Shown: piece after piece, positions 19,960 to 30,329 of the stretch
Position numbering within the stretch: the first letter of the stretch is position 1
How the letters are laid out: every line of letters starts with the position of its first letter
NCBI GenBank assembly: GCA_020184695.1
Contig: JAANOX010000115.1
Location: 1-34,088 of the forward strand
Direction of reading: 5' to 3'
Length of the DNA: 34,088 bases
DNA from: Histomonas meleagridis 2922-C6/04-290x
Taxonomy: Eukaryota > Protista > Parabasalia
Notes under the pieces: generated by a model
What the model saw: the letters and a program-made list of their open reading frames with translations, nothing else
The model's database searches: none
Told to the model about the DNA's origin: nothing
Position numbers and translations under genes: made by a program

Positions 19960-22350
19960 TTATTTTATTGGTAAATATTTTTGTAATTTCGTTTGATATT
20001 CGTTTGGAAATATTCCAATTACAAAACTTAAGAATTCGGAATTCGACATTTCGTACAATGGATGCATTCTTATCATTGGATTGACTTCTGAAAAATGTAT
20101 TGTTTTATATCCTTCCAAATAAAGATTAGAAATAGCCAAATGTCTCAAATATATTTCGAATGATTTTATTTTCATTTCATCATCAACATTAAATGTAAAA
20201 AGAAAATAGAAATAAAGATTATTATCAAATTGATAAGGAAGTTCAACATAACTATTTAAAATCATATCATATAAAAAGTTAAAATTAATATTTCGTTGTG
20301 TTAACCAAATATCAACATTTCGTTTATCTTCAAAATAAATATAGGAGATCGTTAAAATTAACGTGATCCTATCGTTAGTAAGTGATAAATCATTGAAATT
20401 TGTTTTGAATTGAAAAAGTTCAATGACTAAATTCATTATGTTGTGTTTCGTGTGCCCATTCCCTTGTTTGTATAATGAAATAGATAAATCTGAAAAGCGT
20501 TGATCAATGTATTTCTTTTGATATTTACTTGTAGAATATAATATGAAAAATTCTTCAATTCCTTCTTTTAAATTAATTCGAACAAAAAATGATAAAATTC
20601 CAAAAACATAAAAAATTATTTCTTGTTCAATTTTCATTTTATGATGTAAAAATGTTATAAACATTTTATGAAAAATATATATATTTTCAGTTATAACAAA
20701 ATATTCATTTGGAAATCGTGAAAATATCGAATATGCAAATGCAATAGCATTTATATATTTGTTATCTTCAAAAAGAAATTCACAAAAAATCGGTAAAAAA
20801 GTTTCTTGAATAATTAAATAAAATTTCGGATGTATTAAAAAGACGCAAATTAATTCTGATATTTCACTTGAAATATACCCATTCTCTGAATATTTAATAT
20901 ACAAATTTTTATATATGTTTAAATATTCTGGAATTATATCTTCGTAATTATTTATACACTTAAATAGAATTTCATTAACAAGTTTAACAATTTCAATGAT
21001 ATTCCCATTAGAAATCATTTCCATAACATTTGTTAATGGTTTTAACGCATATTGGAAAAGATATTGAAATTTTTCTGATTTCTTAATAATCGCTTTCGAT
21101 ATAAATAATGGAATTGAGAAATGGTTCGCGTGAAGTCCATTAATATAATCTTCCGGAATTTGTCGATTTAAATAAATGCAACACATGAAATATCGTCCAA
21201 TCAAAATAGGATCTTCATTCGTAATTGGTGTTGGAAGCGGAAATTCATTTTTAACTTCAATATGTTCTAAATATGTAGAAAGAATATAATATAAAGTTTC
21301 TTCATTTCGATTGTTATTATTCATATTATTAAAATATGGAATTAATGTACTGAACGAAATATACTCTTGAAGAAATTCTTTGACATCTTCACGAAGAATT
21401 GTGTTCTCTTCAATATCTTCATTAATGTTATCAGTAACAAACTGTTCAACATCATTTAGCCAATTAAAATATTCATCTTCTGATGCAATGCAAAGTTGTA
21501 TATAAATTGGAATTAATGAAATTTGATTCATTTCTTCATTGTTTTGAACAATATCAATAAACATTTTAAAGAGTTCAATTCCATACGTAGAAAAACTATA
21601 ATGCGTGCCATCATTTAATACAATTTCTTTCGGAAATGGACAAAATTGAACTATTTGACTAAGTTGAAATGTGATAACTTTCAATTTTTCAAGACTTTCT
21701 GGAACAAGAGAAAGAAGTGGAACAAGTTCAATAAAAATTGGTAAATTCGAAATTGTAATATTTTGTATTGTGAAATATTGTAAAATGAAATTAAATAATG
21801 GAATAAAATTTTCTTCTTTTGTATCTTCTTTATTATCAAATTGATAACAAATAAAATTAGTAATACAACGTGATGATAAAACAATACTAAATATATCTGA
21901 AGATGTGGAAATGATTTCACATAAATATTGAAAGATGTTTTGTGTTATTAAATGATGAACTTCAATATAATGAAATAATGTATAAAGAATTCCATAAATT
22001 TGTTGTTTATTACTGTGAAATACAAATTCTTCAATGTTAGAAATATTTTCACCTAAAACTAACGAAACTTGATAAACAAGTGAATTATTCGAATCATTTA
22101 ATAAAGGAATTAATGATTGAATCATTCCTAAATTTAATTGTAATTTACAATGACGAATTATAGATAATGATAAAAAAACTTAAAAATTAATATCAACGTT
22201 TGGATTTAAAATTACATTTACAAACTGTGCTGATATTTCAATATTTTGATTGTTTGTTATTAAAAATTGTTGAATTTCATTCAGTTGTTCTGAATTACCT
22301 TCATGATAAGCAATAAATAAAGTTTTTGGAATGTTCATTTGAACAAACAT
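19960..22350 (-). CDS. Importin-beta/HEAT-repeat-like protein interrupted by one in-frame TAA at 22180-22182
   Basis: MNIPKTLFIAYHEGNSEQLNEIQQFL...VILNPNVDINF*VFLSLSIIRH...MIQSLIPLLNDSNNSLV. The two track ORFs are in the same frame, 18 codons apart, and the N-terminus resembles an importin IBN_N region. Confidence 0.55.
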
Positions 22351-22385
22351 TCTCAAAAATGCAGGCCACCCCAACAATGATTTAT

Positions 22386-22392
22386 AACGGTC
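22386..22392 (-). promoter_or_regulatory. M3-like motif upstream of the importin-like gene
   Basis: AACGGTC on +, 36 nt from ATG 22350. Confidence 0.55.
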
Positions 22393-22713
22393 GTCTTCAA
22401 TCATAAACAAAAAGTGTTGAAAATATTTATTTGAACAAAATTAATGATTTTACTAACTTATTCATCATTTGCACATAATTTTCCCAAAAAGAAATTAAGG
22501 ACTTTCGATATATTACCAAAGTAACATTTGACAATTAGAATTACTTTATAGACATCTTATTTACATATAATGCAAACTTATTTACCATTTGATAAATTAT
22601 TTGCTATTTAGAACTGTATCTAATTTTTAAATATTATAGCTCATATAACGAATTTACAATCTCATTTGTGTAACTTAAGAATATAAAAAAAAATTCTCAC
22701 AATTATCTATTTA

Positions 22714-23114
22714 TCAATTATATTTGTTGTTTTCCATACAGAATGGGCAACCACTCTGTTTAATTAATTCTGCGCATTCCCTGGCAAATTGGGGACCTAC
22801 ACATGCTACATCTTAATTTTGCAGCCTTTTCATTACACTTCCTACAAATCACTGTTCTACTATTAGATCTTCTTGAAGACATCGCTTGTTGTTGTTGCTG
22901 TTGTTGTTTAATTTGATTGTTTTCATTTTGCTGCTCTAAATGTAAAGCAGCATCGAACGTTAACAAGATACCGTTTAAAGTTTGTTGTAATTTTTCGATA
23001 TGTTTTTGAATATCATTTTGATCGTGTTGTAAAATTTTTTGAGCGATTTCTTGGTTTTCAATTTTTTGTCGTAAAACTGCATAATGGTCAAATTGCTTCC
23101 AAATAAAGTATCAT
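22714..23114 (-). pseudogene. Coiled-coil + polyQ + C4C4 RING-like zinc-finger gene with two +1 frameshifts (23090-23092 and 22779-22781)
   Basis: The corrected 132-aa product reads MILYLEAIDHYAVLRQKIENQE...QQQQQQQ...CRKCNEKAAKLRCSMCRSPICQECAELIKQSGCPFCMENNKYN*. The corrected length (399 nt) is divisible by 3. Confidence 0.65.
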
Positions 23115-23167
23115 ATGATGCAATAAATAACAAAAACAAAATGTCCTTTGAACAAAAACGTTTTTAT

Positions 23168-24418
23168 TTATTGATTTTTTGCACGATGAATACATTGTCT
23201 TTCCTTTTCTATCAGCGAATGTGCCTGGTCGACCAGCCGGCAAAGTTTCATTATATTTTCCGAGAACTCGTCCGCAAGTTCGCTTGTCTTCTGCTGCTTC
23301 TTAAACGTGATGACTCCCTTTGGCCGGTTCACTTTTGCGTAAAAGTCCTCGTTAAACACCAAATCGATGATTCGCGCCTCGAGCTCATCCACAGTGAGTT
23401 GGAGAAGCTCTGCGAGACGAACGAGCCGAATGTTTGTGTAATACATTGCAACAACTCGAAGACCATGTTCGATAACTCTTCGGCGCATTACTTCCTTACA
23501 ATCATCTGCAATGAAAGAGCCATAGCTGTTCTCAAAGTCGGGCCACGGAACAAGTTCTTTCCCCATAAATACTGATAACAGATTTTTGGCATCGGGTAAA
23601 AGAGCTAAATCTTTGAGCGAATAGAGCTCATTGCAAAAGCGTAGTTGATCTGGCGAATGTGGAGCAAGAACGGCGTTGATAATTGCATTCATTAAATCAT
23701 CATGGTTATTGTTAAGCTTATAAACATCATAATAAGCTTTGCCAATCTCAAGGAAATCTTTCGTGAACTCAGTGTGGTATTGAATAGAAAGTGTAAGGAA
23801 TTCAAGGCGAAGATTTTCATCAGTAAATTTCTGATCGTTGATCTTTTCGGCACAAAGTGAGGCGCGAAGCTGATCTTTGCACTCAAGACAAAGCTTGAAC
23901 TGATGGAGCATAAGACCAATTCTTTCCTTCTCATCCATCGTCGTCAAGATTTCGAGACGAAGATCTTGGAGAAGTTCCATACATTCTTGGAACTCTCCGC
24001 GCGCTTCGAGGTAGTCAACCAAAAAGCTTGTAAGTCTTGCCCTTTCGATTTCAACAAATATTTTTCCTTCTGTAACGTCACGTAATACCTTGATTAATGA
24101 AATTCTTGTTTCTTCATCTTGTATTAAGTTTAATGCTTCCATAGATAGTTGAACAATCTTTGTGACAGATGTTCTGGAATAACCACGGCGTTTGGAAAGT
24201 ATTGCAACATTACTTCCAAGGTCTGTCCATCTCTTTTCTTTTATACATAAGTTGACAATTTCAGTACAAACACGAGTATTAGATTTATCATCTTTTGCAA
24301 TTCTTGTTCTACGCTCAAGTGCATGTAATCCTTCAATAGCAGAATCGAAAGGAAGTGAAAGAAGTTCGGGAAGTTGAGAATCAACTATTGGCTGAAGAGA
24401 TTGATTTTCTTCATCCAT
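23168..24418 (-). CDS. RPN5: 26S proteasome lid subunit RPN5/PSMD12 (PCI domain)
   Basis: LHALERRTR, NVAILSKRRG, VTEGKIFVEIERARLT, RRRVIEHGLRVVAMYYTNIRLVRLAELL, YAKVNRPKGVITF. Confidence 0.93.
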   Translation of the reverse strand: MDEENQSLQPIVDSQLPELLSLPFDSAIEGLHALERRTRIAKDDKSNTRVCTEIVNLCIKEKRWTDLGSNVAILSKRRGYSRTSVTKIVQLSMEALNLIQDEETRISLIKVLRDVTEGKIFVEIERARLTSFLVDYLEARGEFQECMELLQDLRLEILTTMDEKERIGLMLHQFKLCLECKDQLRASLCAEKINDQKFTDENLRLEFLTLSIQYHTEFTKDFLEIGKAYYDVYKLNNNHDDLMNAIINAVLAPHSPDQLRFCNELYSLKDLALLPDAKNLLSVFMGKELVPWPDFENSYGSFIADDCKEVMRRRVIEHGLRVVAMYYTNIRLVRLAELLQLTVDELEARIIDLVFNEDFYAKVNRPKGVITFKKQQKTSELADEFSENIMKLCRLVDQAHSLIEKERQCIHRAKNQ

Positions 24419-24462
24419 TTGGATAAAATGTCAAAACCGTTCTATCCAACCAACTTAGAGTA

Positions 24463-24501
24463 AACGGTCGCATGACACCGTTTATTTATTTGACGACCGT
24501 T
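24463..24501. promoter_or_regulatory. Divergent promoter with two outward-facing M3-like motifs (24463-24469 on -, 24495-24501 on +)
   Basis: AACGGTC and GACCGTT in the 93-nt gap between RPN5 and the gene at 24512. Confidence 0.6.
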
Positions 24502-24511
24502 ATAATAATAC

Positions 24512-24985
24512 ATGATTTTATTTATCACTTTAGCAATAGAAAAATGGGTTGGATATATATACAATAACAAAACAAACCCAATCAAATTCATTGCAAATGT
24601 TGAACATGTCAATGATTCAATTAATGTTTTTCTAATCTCAAATAATCAATTATTCTTCAAAAAAATTTTAATTCAAAAAGATCATGAAGACATCAGCATA
24701 AAGTTAGACGAAGGTAATTATTTACTTGCTAATTTGAAATATTCGATGGATGGAACATATTTGTTCGGAAAATACAATGATTCAATTCAATTCTCATACT
24801 CTCAACCAAAAGGCATTCTTTTCTTGAGTTCAAGATCTTTTTATATTACATCATTTAAAGACCATTTTAATTTATTTTCAATAAATGCTGGCATATCTGG
24901 TCCTCTTAAATTTTTTTTATGGGGATTTTCCTGGACTCTTTTTGTAGGTTGGCTTGCAAAGATAATAAGAGGATATTTTTCTTAA
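24512..24985 (+). CDS. Small hypothetical membrane protein (hydrophobic N-terminus, C-terminal TM)
   Basis: 157-aa ORF; GACCGTT 11 nt upstream; PLKFFLWGFSWTLFVGWLAKII near the C-terminus. Confidence 0.65.
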   Translation: MILFITLAIEKWVGYIYNNKTNPIKFIANVEHVNDSINVFLISNNQLFFKKILIQKDHEDISIKLDEGNYLLANLKYSMDGTYLFGKYNDSIQFSYSQPKGILFLSSRSFYITSFKDHFNLFSINAGISGPLKFFLWGFSWTLFVGWLAKIIRGYFS

Positions 24986-25017
24986 TCATTTTATTTTTTA
25001 ACACTAAAGATAGTTTT

Positions 25018-25041
25018 AACGGTCGCTAATGTGAAACGGTT
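25018..25041. promoter_or_regulatory. M3-like motifs upstream of FKBP (AACGGTC 25018-25024, AACGGTT 25035-25041)
   Basis: Both lie within 70 nt of ATG 25089. Confidence 0.45.
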
Positions 25042-25088
25042 AATTGAATAGTTTACAAGTCTGACATTTTTCTGGTCCAACCACAAAA

Positions 25089-25502
25089 ATGACTGAAGAA
25101 CCAAAACAAGAACCAATTCAAGAGCCAAAGCAAGAACCAGCACAAGAACAAAAGCAAGTTATCAAAGTAACAGAAGATGGAAAAGTCACAAAGGTAATTC
25201 TTAAAGCAGGATATGGCATGAAACCAAGACGTGGTCAAAAAGTATCTGTTCATTATACAGGATATTTACTTGATGGAACAAAGTTTGATTCATCAGTTGA
25301 TAGAAACAATCCATTTATGTTTCAGATAGGCAAGGGTGTTATTTCTGGCTGGAATAATGCACTTTTGTCAATGAAACTTGGCGAAAAATCGGAGTTCACA
25401 CTAGCACCAGAATATGCATATGGAGCACGTGGTGCACCACCCAGCATTCCAGGAAATGCAACTTTGAAATTTGAAATTGAATTATTAAAGATTCATAAAT
25501 AA
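25089..25502 (+). CDS. FKBP-type peptidyl-prolyl cis-trans isomerase
   Basis: GQKVSVHYTGYLLDGTKFDSSVDRNNPFMFQIGKGVISGW, LAPEYAYGARGAPPSIPGNATLKFEIELL. Confidence 0.95.
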   Translation: MTEEPKQEPIQEPKQEPAQEQKQVIKVTEDGKVTKVILKAGYGMKPRRGQKVSVHYTGYLLDGTKFDSSVDRNNPFMFQIGKGVISGWNNALLSMKLGEKSEFTLAPEYAYGARGAPPSIPGNATLKFEIELLKIHK

Positions 25503-25629
25503 AGTCATTCCAACACTTTAATTTTATTAAACAATTTATTTTTCAACATTTTTTGGCGTAATCATTTTATCGATAATTGGAACAGTTTTTACAGTTAAAA
25601 CGCAAATTCATAGAAAAGTGACAATATAA

Positions 25630-28600
25630 ATGTTTTTACTTCTTGTGGCTTCTGGTGTTTCAACAATTTCAGTCTGCGTTGATTACACAGGAAATAACAG
25701 TGCAATATGTCCTACCGGAGCCACGTATTATCGGAAAATTGAAGATGTATCATTCTTAATTTCAGAAGATTTAGTAATTTATGCCTTATCAGCTGATAAA
25801 GGGTCATCTGTTTTTCTTAATTTCACAGAAATCAATGAAAACATTAAGTACACAGTCAGTGGTTTAAATAAAGTGAATGTTTCTGTCATTACAAATCCCA
25901 AGATGAAATATCTTCGTCTTCGAGGCGTAACTATATTACCAAACAATGGTACCAAAACAGATCTCATTGCCCGCGAAATTAGTATATTGAGCTCAATCTC
26001 TCCAGAAAATAATATTGTCAATATTGATTGCGGTACTTTCACACATGACATCGACATAATTCCATACCTTGGTGATGTTGTTGCTTATAAGTATTCTTTA
26101 TCAGAAGTCACATCAATACCAAAATCCTACACAGTTAAACTCGACAACTCAAGAAAAGAACTTACAACAAGCACTTATGCCACTGTACAAATAACTGGTG
26201 CAAATGAAACCGATTTAAATATTACTCCAGAATATATTAATTTCAAACTTACAAATGAGGAAAATTCAGTCACCATTATTCCGGATGGTTTTCATATTAT
26301 GTATTACACGGCTGAAAAACTTAACCTTGTTATCGATGATTCGGCTACGAGTAAATCATTTTATTCTGTATGTCAATTAACATCAGAAAATACATTAACA
26401 TCCAAAATTACAATCAACAATTTGATGCCGTATTCAATTTCAAACAATGGTTTCATTTTGATTGGAAGTCAATTATCAGGAGATTATACTGGAGATATGA
26501 GCCATGTCAGAATTATCCTAAAGAGTGTTGATACGGTCAATCATCTTTCAAACATTACTCTTAACACTCCTGGATCAACATTATATTCTGTTACAATTCA
26601 AAATAATAACACTGTAACATTTACCAACCCAAATCCCCATCTTTATGCAATTCAATCAGAAAGTGATTGCGTTGTTAAATGCACAGATTTGAGTATGATG
26701 ACACTTATCTTAAACGGAGGTCATCTTTCACTTGAAGACTTGGGTACAACCGCCATAAACTATTCAATTCAGTTTAACGGCGGAACCGCCAGAATTCCAA
26801 TACTTTACACCGGCGGTGAGACGTTTGTTGGGATTCAAGTTTTCATGTCTTTGTATGAAGATTCAGAGCCTACACCGACGTCAGCGATTACTATTGGTCA
26901 TTTAATTAACAATGGCATCTTTAAGTTTGGCTTCTATGAACCGACCGAGACAACTACATCAGTTCAAAGTATTCTTGAGTATTATTATGCATTATCACAT
27001 TCTACAATAAATTATGTAAATTATACTACGCCAATAATAGTTGTAGAAGATGGACAATTTGATATTACTAAGTTTGGACCTTCTTATGATGAATTATTTT
27101 CAATGCCCGGATTACAAAAAGAGAATTGCGTATTTTCATTAGTTAGTAATGGTACAAATATTTATCTTAATATGCCTTATGAACCTTATGTAGTTCAACC
27201 ACGATTCTGTCATGTCTTTGATTCATGTTTTAGTTCGATGCCTGAAGCAAGTGAATACAGAAGTTATTTGACACCCCTTACAGAAAAAGTGACGTTCAGG
27301 TTCACTTATTCAATGAACGATGGCGAGTCAATTTACCTCGACGATAGACTGGCAAACGTTGACATTGCAATCGATTCATTCTTATCGTTAGAAGACGATG
27401 GAATTCGAGCGAAGTTTACCAATGGTGAAATACTTACGAAGAGTATAACAATTGAAGATGTCTTTGAATCAGAAATTAACTTGTCTTCTAACAAATTAAC
27501 AAAAGCAGATTTTAGTTATGGCCATTTAAAGCCATATGTTTCTCCATCTAATTTCGATGAATTTTTAGTTTCGTTTGATCAAACTTCTTATATTAACTTT
27601 GATAATTGTAATAGTGATGTAAAATTAACCGATATGTTACGATACAATGAAGTGAACGTCACTTTTGACGAAAACGGTTGGCGGTTATACGGAAAGAACA
27701 CTGAAGAATTATCAGAACTTTACCCAGGCGATGGCGGTTATATGCCACGAATTAATGGAAAAGTCACTTTTACAGAAACGACCGATAAAATTTCCAGAAC
27801 CGTTTCAATGATATTAGCGTCTGACAAAGTTAGTCAAATGAATTTCAATGATGTACGCGGAATCCGTTTAATTGGAAATAATTGGTCAAATTATAATATA
27901 CAAAATGAAGCGCCAATTGTAGTCACTGGAGTTAAAGGTAGTTTAAGTCTTAATACAGAATCAGAAATATTGCCGATACAATTTAAAGATGCTGGTTATA
28001 TGGCAGCAATAACAGTTACAAGTGAATTTAAAGATTTAACATTCCCATATCCAATGGAACTGAATAATGAGTTTTATCCAATGTTTAAATCTGATTTAAA
28101 TTTGAAATTTAATGAAATTAAAGCAATTGGAGATTCAAAGTTTTATGGAAATGTGTCAATTGATAAATGTATTGTTGAAAGAGATTCAAATTTCTATTCA
28201 ATCGAATCAAATATTAACGAGTTAATAATGTATGGAAATACAACATTTGATAACTTTAATGCTAAAGTTAATAAGATATCGATTACATTGGCTTCAAAAA
28301 CAGATGTTATACCAACGCTTAAAAACGTCGACGAATTTAACGAATATAACTTATGCGGCCAGGAATTCGATTGTAATGAATACTTGGAAAATCTTGCAAA
28401 CAAAAGCGATGAATACGTATATAAGTGTTTGACTGTTAATGAAACTTATAGTTGTTTGAATATCGTCAAACGGACTGAAGAAACCACTACAGTAATTACC
28501 GAAGTCACTACATCCGAAGGCCCAACTGAAGTCACTACATCCGAAGGCCCAACTGAAGTCACTACATCCGAAGGCCCAACTGAAGTCACTACATCCGAAG

Positions 28601-28896
28601 GCCCAACTGAAGGCCCAACTGAAGTCACAACAACTCAGAGTATGACTGAAGCCGCTTCTTCCGATGTAACTGAGGTGACATCTGACGTCACAAGTGAAGT
28701 CACTTCTGTTGAGACATCAAACACCACATCAAGCGATAGCAGCAATAAGAAAACGGTTACTATCGTCGCATCAACGGTTTCATGTGCTGTTGTTGTGATT
28801 GTTGCTGTTATAGTTGGTATTGTGATCTATCTGAAAAGGAAGAATAAGGTAGTGAAAGGCGACGAAACATCGTCACTTCAACTTTCAATGGTCTGA
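25630..28896 (+). CDS. Large type I surface protein (signal peptide, beta-rich ectodomain, T/S/E/P mucin-like stalk, TM, short tail)
   Basis: MFLLLVASGVS signal; CVDYTGNNSAICP start; Cys-containing juxta-stalk segment; TTSEGPTEV repeats; VTIVASTVSCAVVVIVAVIVGIVIYL-KRKNK. Confidence 0.85.
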   Translation: MFLLLVASGVSTISVCVDYTGNNSAICPTGATYYRKIEDVSFLISEDLVIYALSADKGSSVFLNFTEINENIKYTVSGLNKVNVSVITNPKMKYLRLRGVTILPNNGTKTDLIAREISILSSISPENNIVNIDCGTFTHDIDIIPYLGDVVAYKYSLSEVTSIPKSYTVKLDNSRKELTTSTYATVQITGANETDLNITPEYINFKLTNEENSVTIIPDGFHIMYYTAEKLNLVIDDSATSKSFYSVCQLTSENTLTSKITINNLMPYSISNNGFILIGSQLSGDYTGDMSHVRIILKSVDTVNHLSNITLNTPGSTLYSVTIQNNNTVTFTNPNPHLYAIQSESDCVVKCTDLSMMTLILNGGHLSLEDLGTTAINYSIQFNGGTARIPILYTGGETFVGIQVFMSLYEDSEPTPTSAITIGHLINNGIFKFGFYEPTETTTSVQSILEYYYALSHSTINYVNYTTPIIVVEDGQFDITKFGPSYDELFSMPGLQKENCVFSLVSNGTNIYLNMPYEPYVVQPRFCHVFDSCFSSMPEASEYRSYLTPLTEKVTFRFTYSMNDGESIYLDDRLANVDIAIDSFLSLEDDGIRAKFTNGEILTKSITIEDVFESEINLSSNKLTKADFSYGHLKPYVSPSNFDEFLVSFDQTSYINFDNCNSDVKLTDMLRYNEVNVTFDENGWRLYGKNTEELSELYPGDGGYMPRINGKVTFTETTDKISRTVSMILASDKVSQMNFNDVRGIRLIGNNWSNYNIQNEAPIVVTGVKGSLSLNTESEILPIQFKDAGYMAAITVTSEFKDLTFPYPMELNNEFYPMFKSDLNLKFNEIKAIGDSKFYGNVSIDKCIVERDSNFYSIESNINELIMYGNTTFDNFNAKVNKISITLASKTDVIPTLKNVDEFNEYNLCGQEFDCNEYLENLANKSDEYVYKCLTVNETYSCLNIVKRTEETTTVITEVTTSEGPTEVTTSEGPTEVTTSEGPTEVTTSEGPTEGPTEVTTTQSMTEAASSDVTEVTSDVTSEVTSVETSNTTSSDSSNKKTVTIVASTVSCAVVVIVAVIVGIVIYLKRKNKVVKGDETSSLQLSMV
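28501..28620 (+). repeat. Four perfect 27-bp tandem repeats (EVTTSEGPT) plus a 12-bp partial unit
   Basis: GAAGTCACTACATCCGAAGGCCCAACT x4 (28501-28608), then GAAGGCCCAACT. Confidence 0.97.
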
Positions 28897-29152
28897 GTAA
28901 AAATATCAGTGGAAATTATATCGTTTTAGGAAGATTTCAACTTCGTCATTCGACTGATTAACAGGAAATAACCAAAACTTTGTTAAAATTCTTTTTATTT
29001 TAGTTACAAAAGAATTTTATTATATGATTCTTTATGTTAAAGTAATTCAGTTATTTTAGAATGATGTTGTGAAATTAATTTGATGATTTTATGTTAATTC
29101 ATTTCTTTACAAATAAAATTTTATCTGGTTGAAAAAAATAAGACTTCAATTT

Positions 29153-29408
29153 GCAAATAACAAAAAAATTTGTATTTATTAAATAAATAAAAATATTTTG
29201 TTCTTAAAACATGTTTATTTATATTTGACTTATAAATTTTTCTTCTTTGAAATCGTCTGCAAATGGATCTTCTTCAATATTTGAATTATTAATACCAACT
29301 GAAAATGTATTATCTATTTCATTAATTTTATTATTATTTTCATCTGATATATTCATTTCTTCTTCATTTTGTTTTCGCTTCTTGTTTTGATATTTAATCA
29401 TAAATATT
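29153..29408. repeat. Dispersed repeat, copy 2 (tail + 3' flank), direct with 5942-6204
   Basis: See copy 1. Confidence 0.95.
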
Positions 29409-30110
29409 ACAATTCCTACAATTATCAAAACTATCACAATAGCACCGCATATAATACCAATTAACAAATTTGATATCGAATTATCTTTTGGTGTAACATT
29501 AGTTACAACTGATATATGTAAGTCAGAATAATAACTATAATAAGACAAATAATATATATCAGTGTAATCGTAATAAATGACATTTGTCGATATTTAACTA
29601 TAAGTGGATTCAAATGTTAACAATGTAATTGTATTTATATATTTACTATAAAATGTAATCGTATGTGTAATAGATAATTAGTGAGTTAAAGTGAACGAAT
29701 GTGTTAAAGTTAAAGTTACATCCGATGGAAGTGAATGTGAATAAGCAACTGATGCAATGAATGTGTTGGTGAATGTATCGCTTTCTTTCAATGTGTTTGA
29801 CATGATAAATTTATCACTTTGTGTGAATGTTTGTGTTGGCGGGAGACATTTGTCAAGTGTTGTTCCCTTAGTAATATTCATATTTCCAAATGTTTCATTT
29901 TGATATGTTCCAGTGTCATAACTAATTTCCCATTTATATTAACAAATGCATCATTTTTTATTACTGATGTTAATGAAGGTCATTCTCTGAATGCAAAATT
30001 TTCAAGGTCTTAAACATTAAAAATTATAACACTTGAAAGAGACATACACAAAGCATTATGTGACGTGATAAGATTTAGACATTTGAAAACACCAACTTTT
30101 GTTATAAGAA
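29219..30110 (-). pseudogene. BspA-like surface-protein pseudogene (LRR remnants, T/S/F stalk, TM, acidic tail)
   Basis: ENFAFRE*PSLTSVI, TYQNETFGNMNITKGTTLDKCLPPTQTFTQSDKF, in-frame stops near 29678 and 29590, then LLIGIICGAIVIVLIIVGIVIFMIKY...EEDPFADDFKEEKFISQI*. Confidence 0.75.
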
Positions 30111-30329
30111 AGTTTCGATTAAACAGTCGTTGAGCTTTTGTGTCAAAATATCTTCAATTAAAACCGTTCACTGTGCTATTAGCGCCTATTTTAAATCCGA
30201 TCATATCGTATTTACGAATTTTTGTATCACCGATAAATTCAATTTCTACGGTTTCCCAAAACAATTCGACATGTGATCAATTAGATGCAAAAGCGTTTCA
30301 ATTTCAAAAACAATTTTACTAAAATAAAC

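Noticed and set aside
10058-22182. Global TAA/TAG-to-sense reassignment as the explanation for the in-frame stops
   Set aside because: TAA cleanly terminates conserved genes here (FPPS, RPN5, FKBP, MacroD, transporter), and long ORFs contain no internal TAA/TAG. Only site-specific readthrough remains open.
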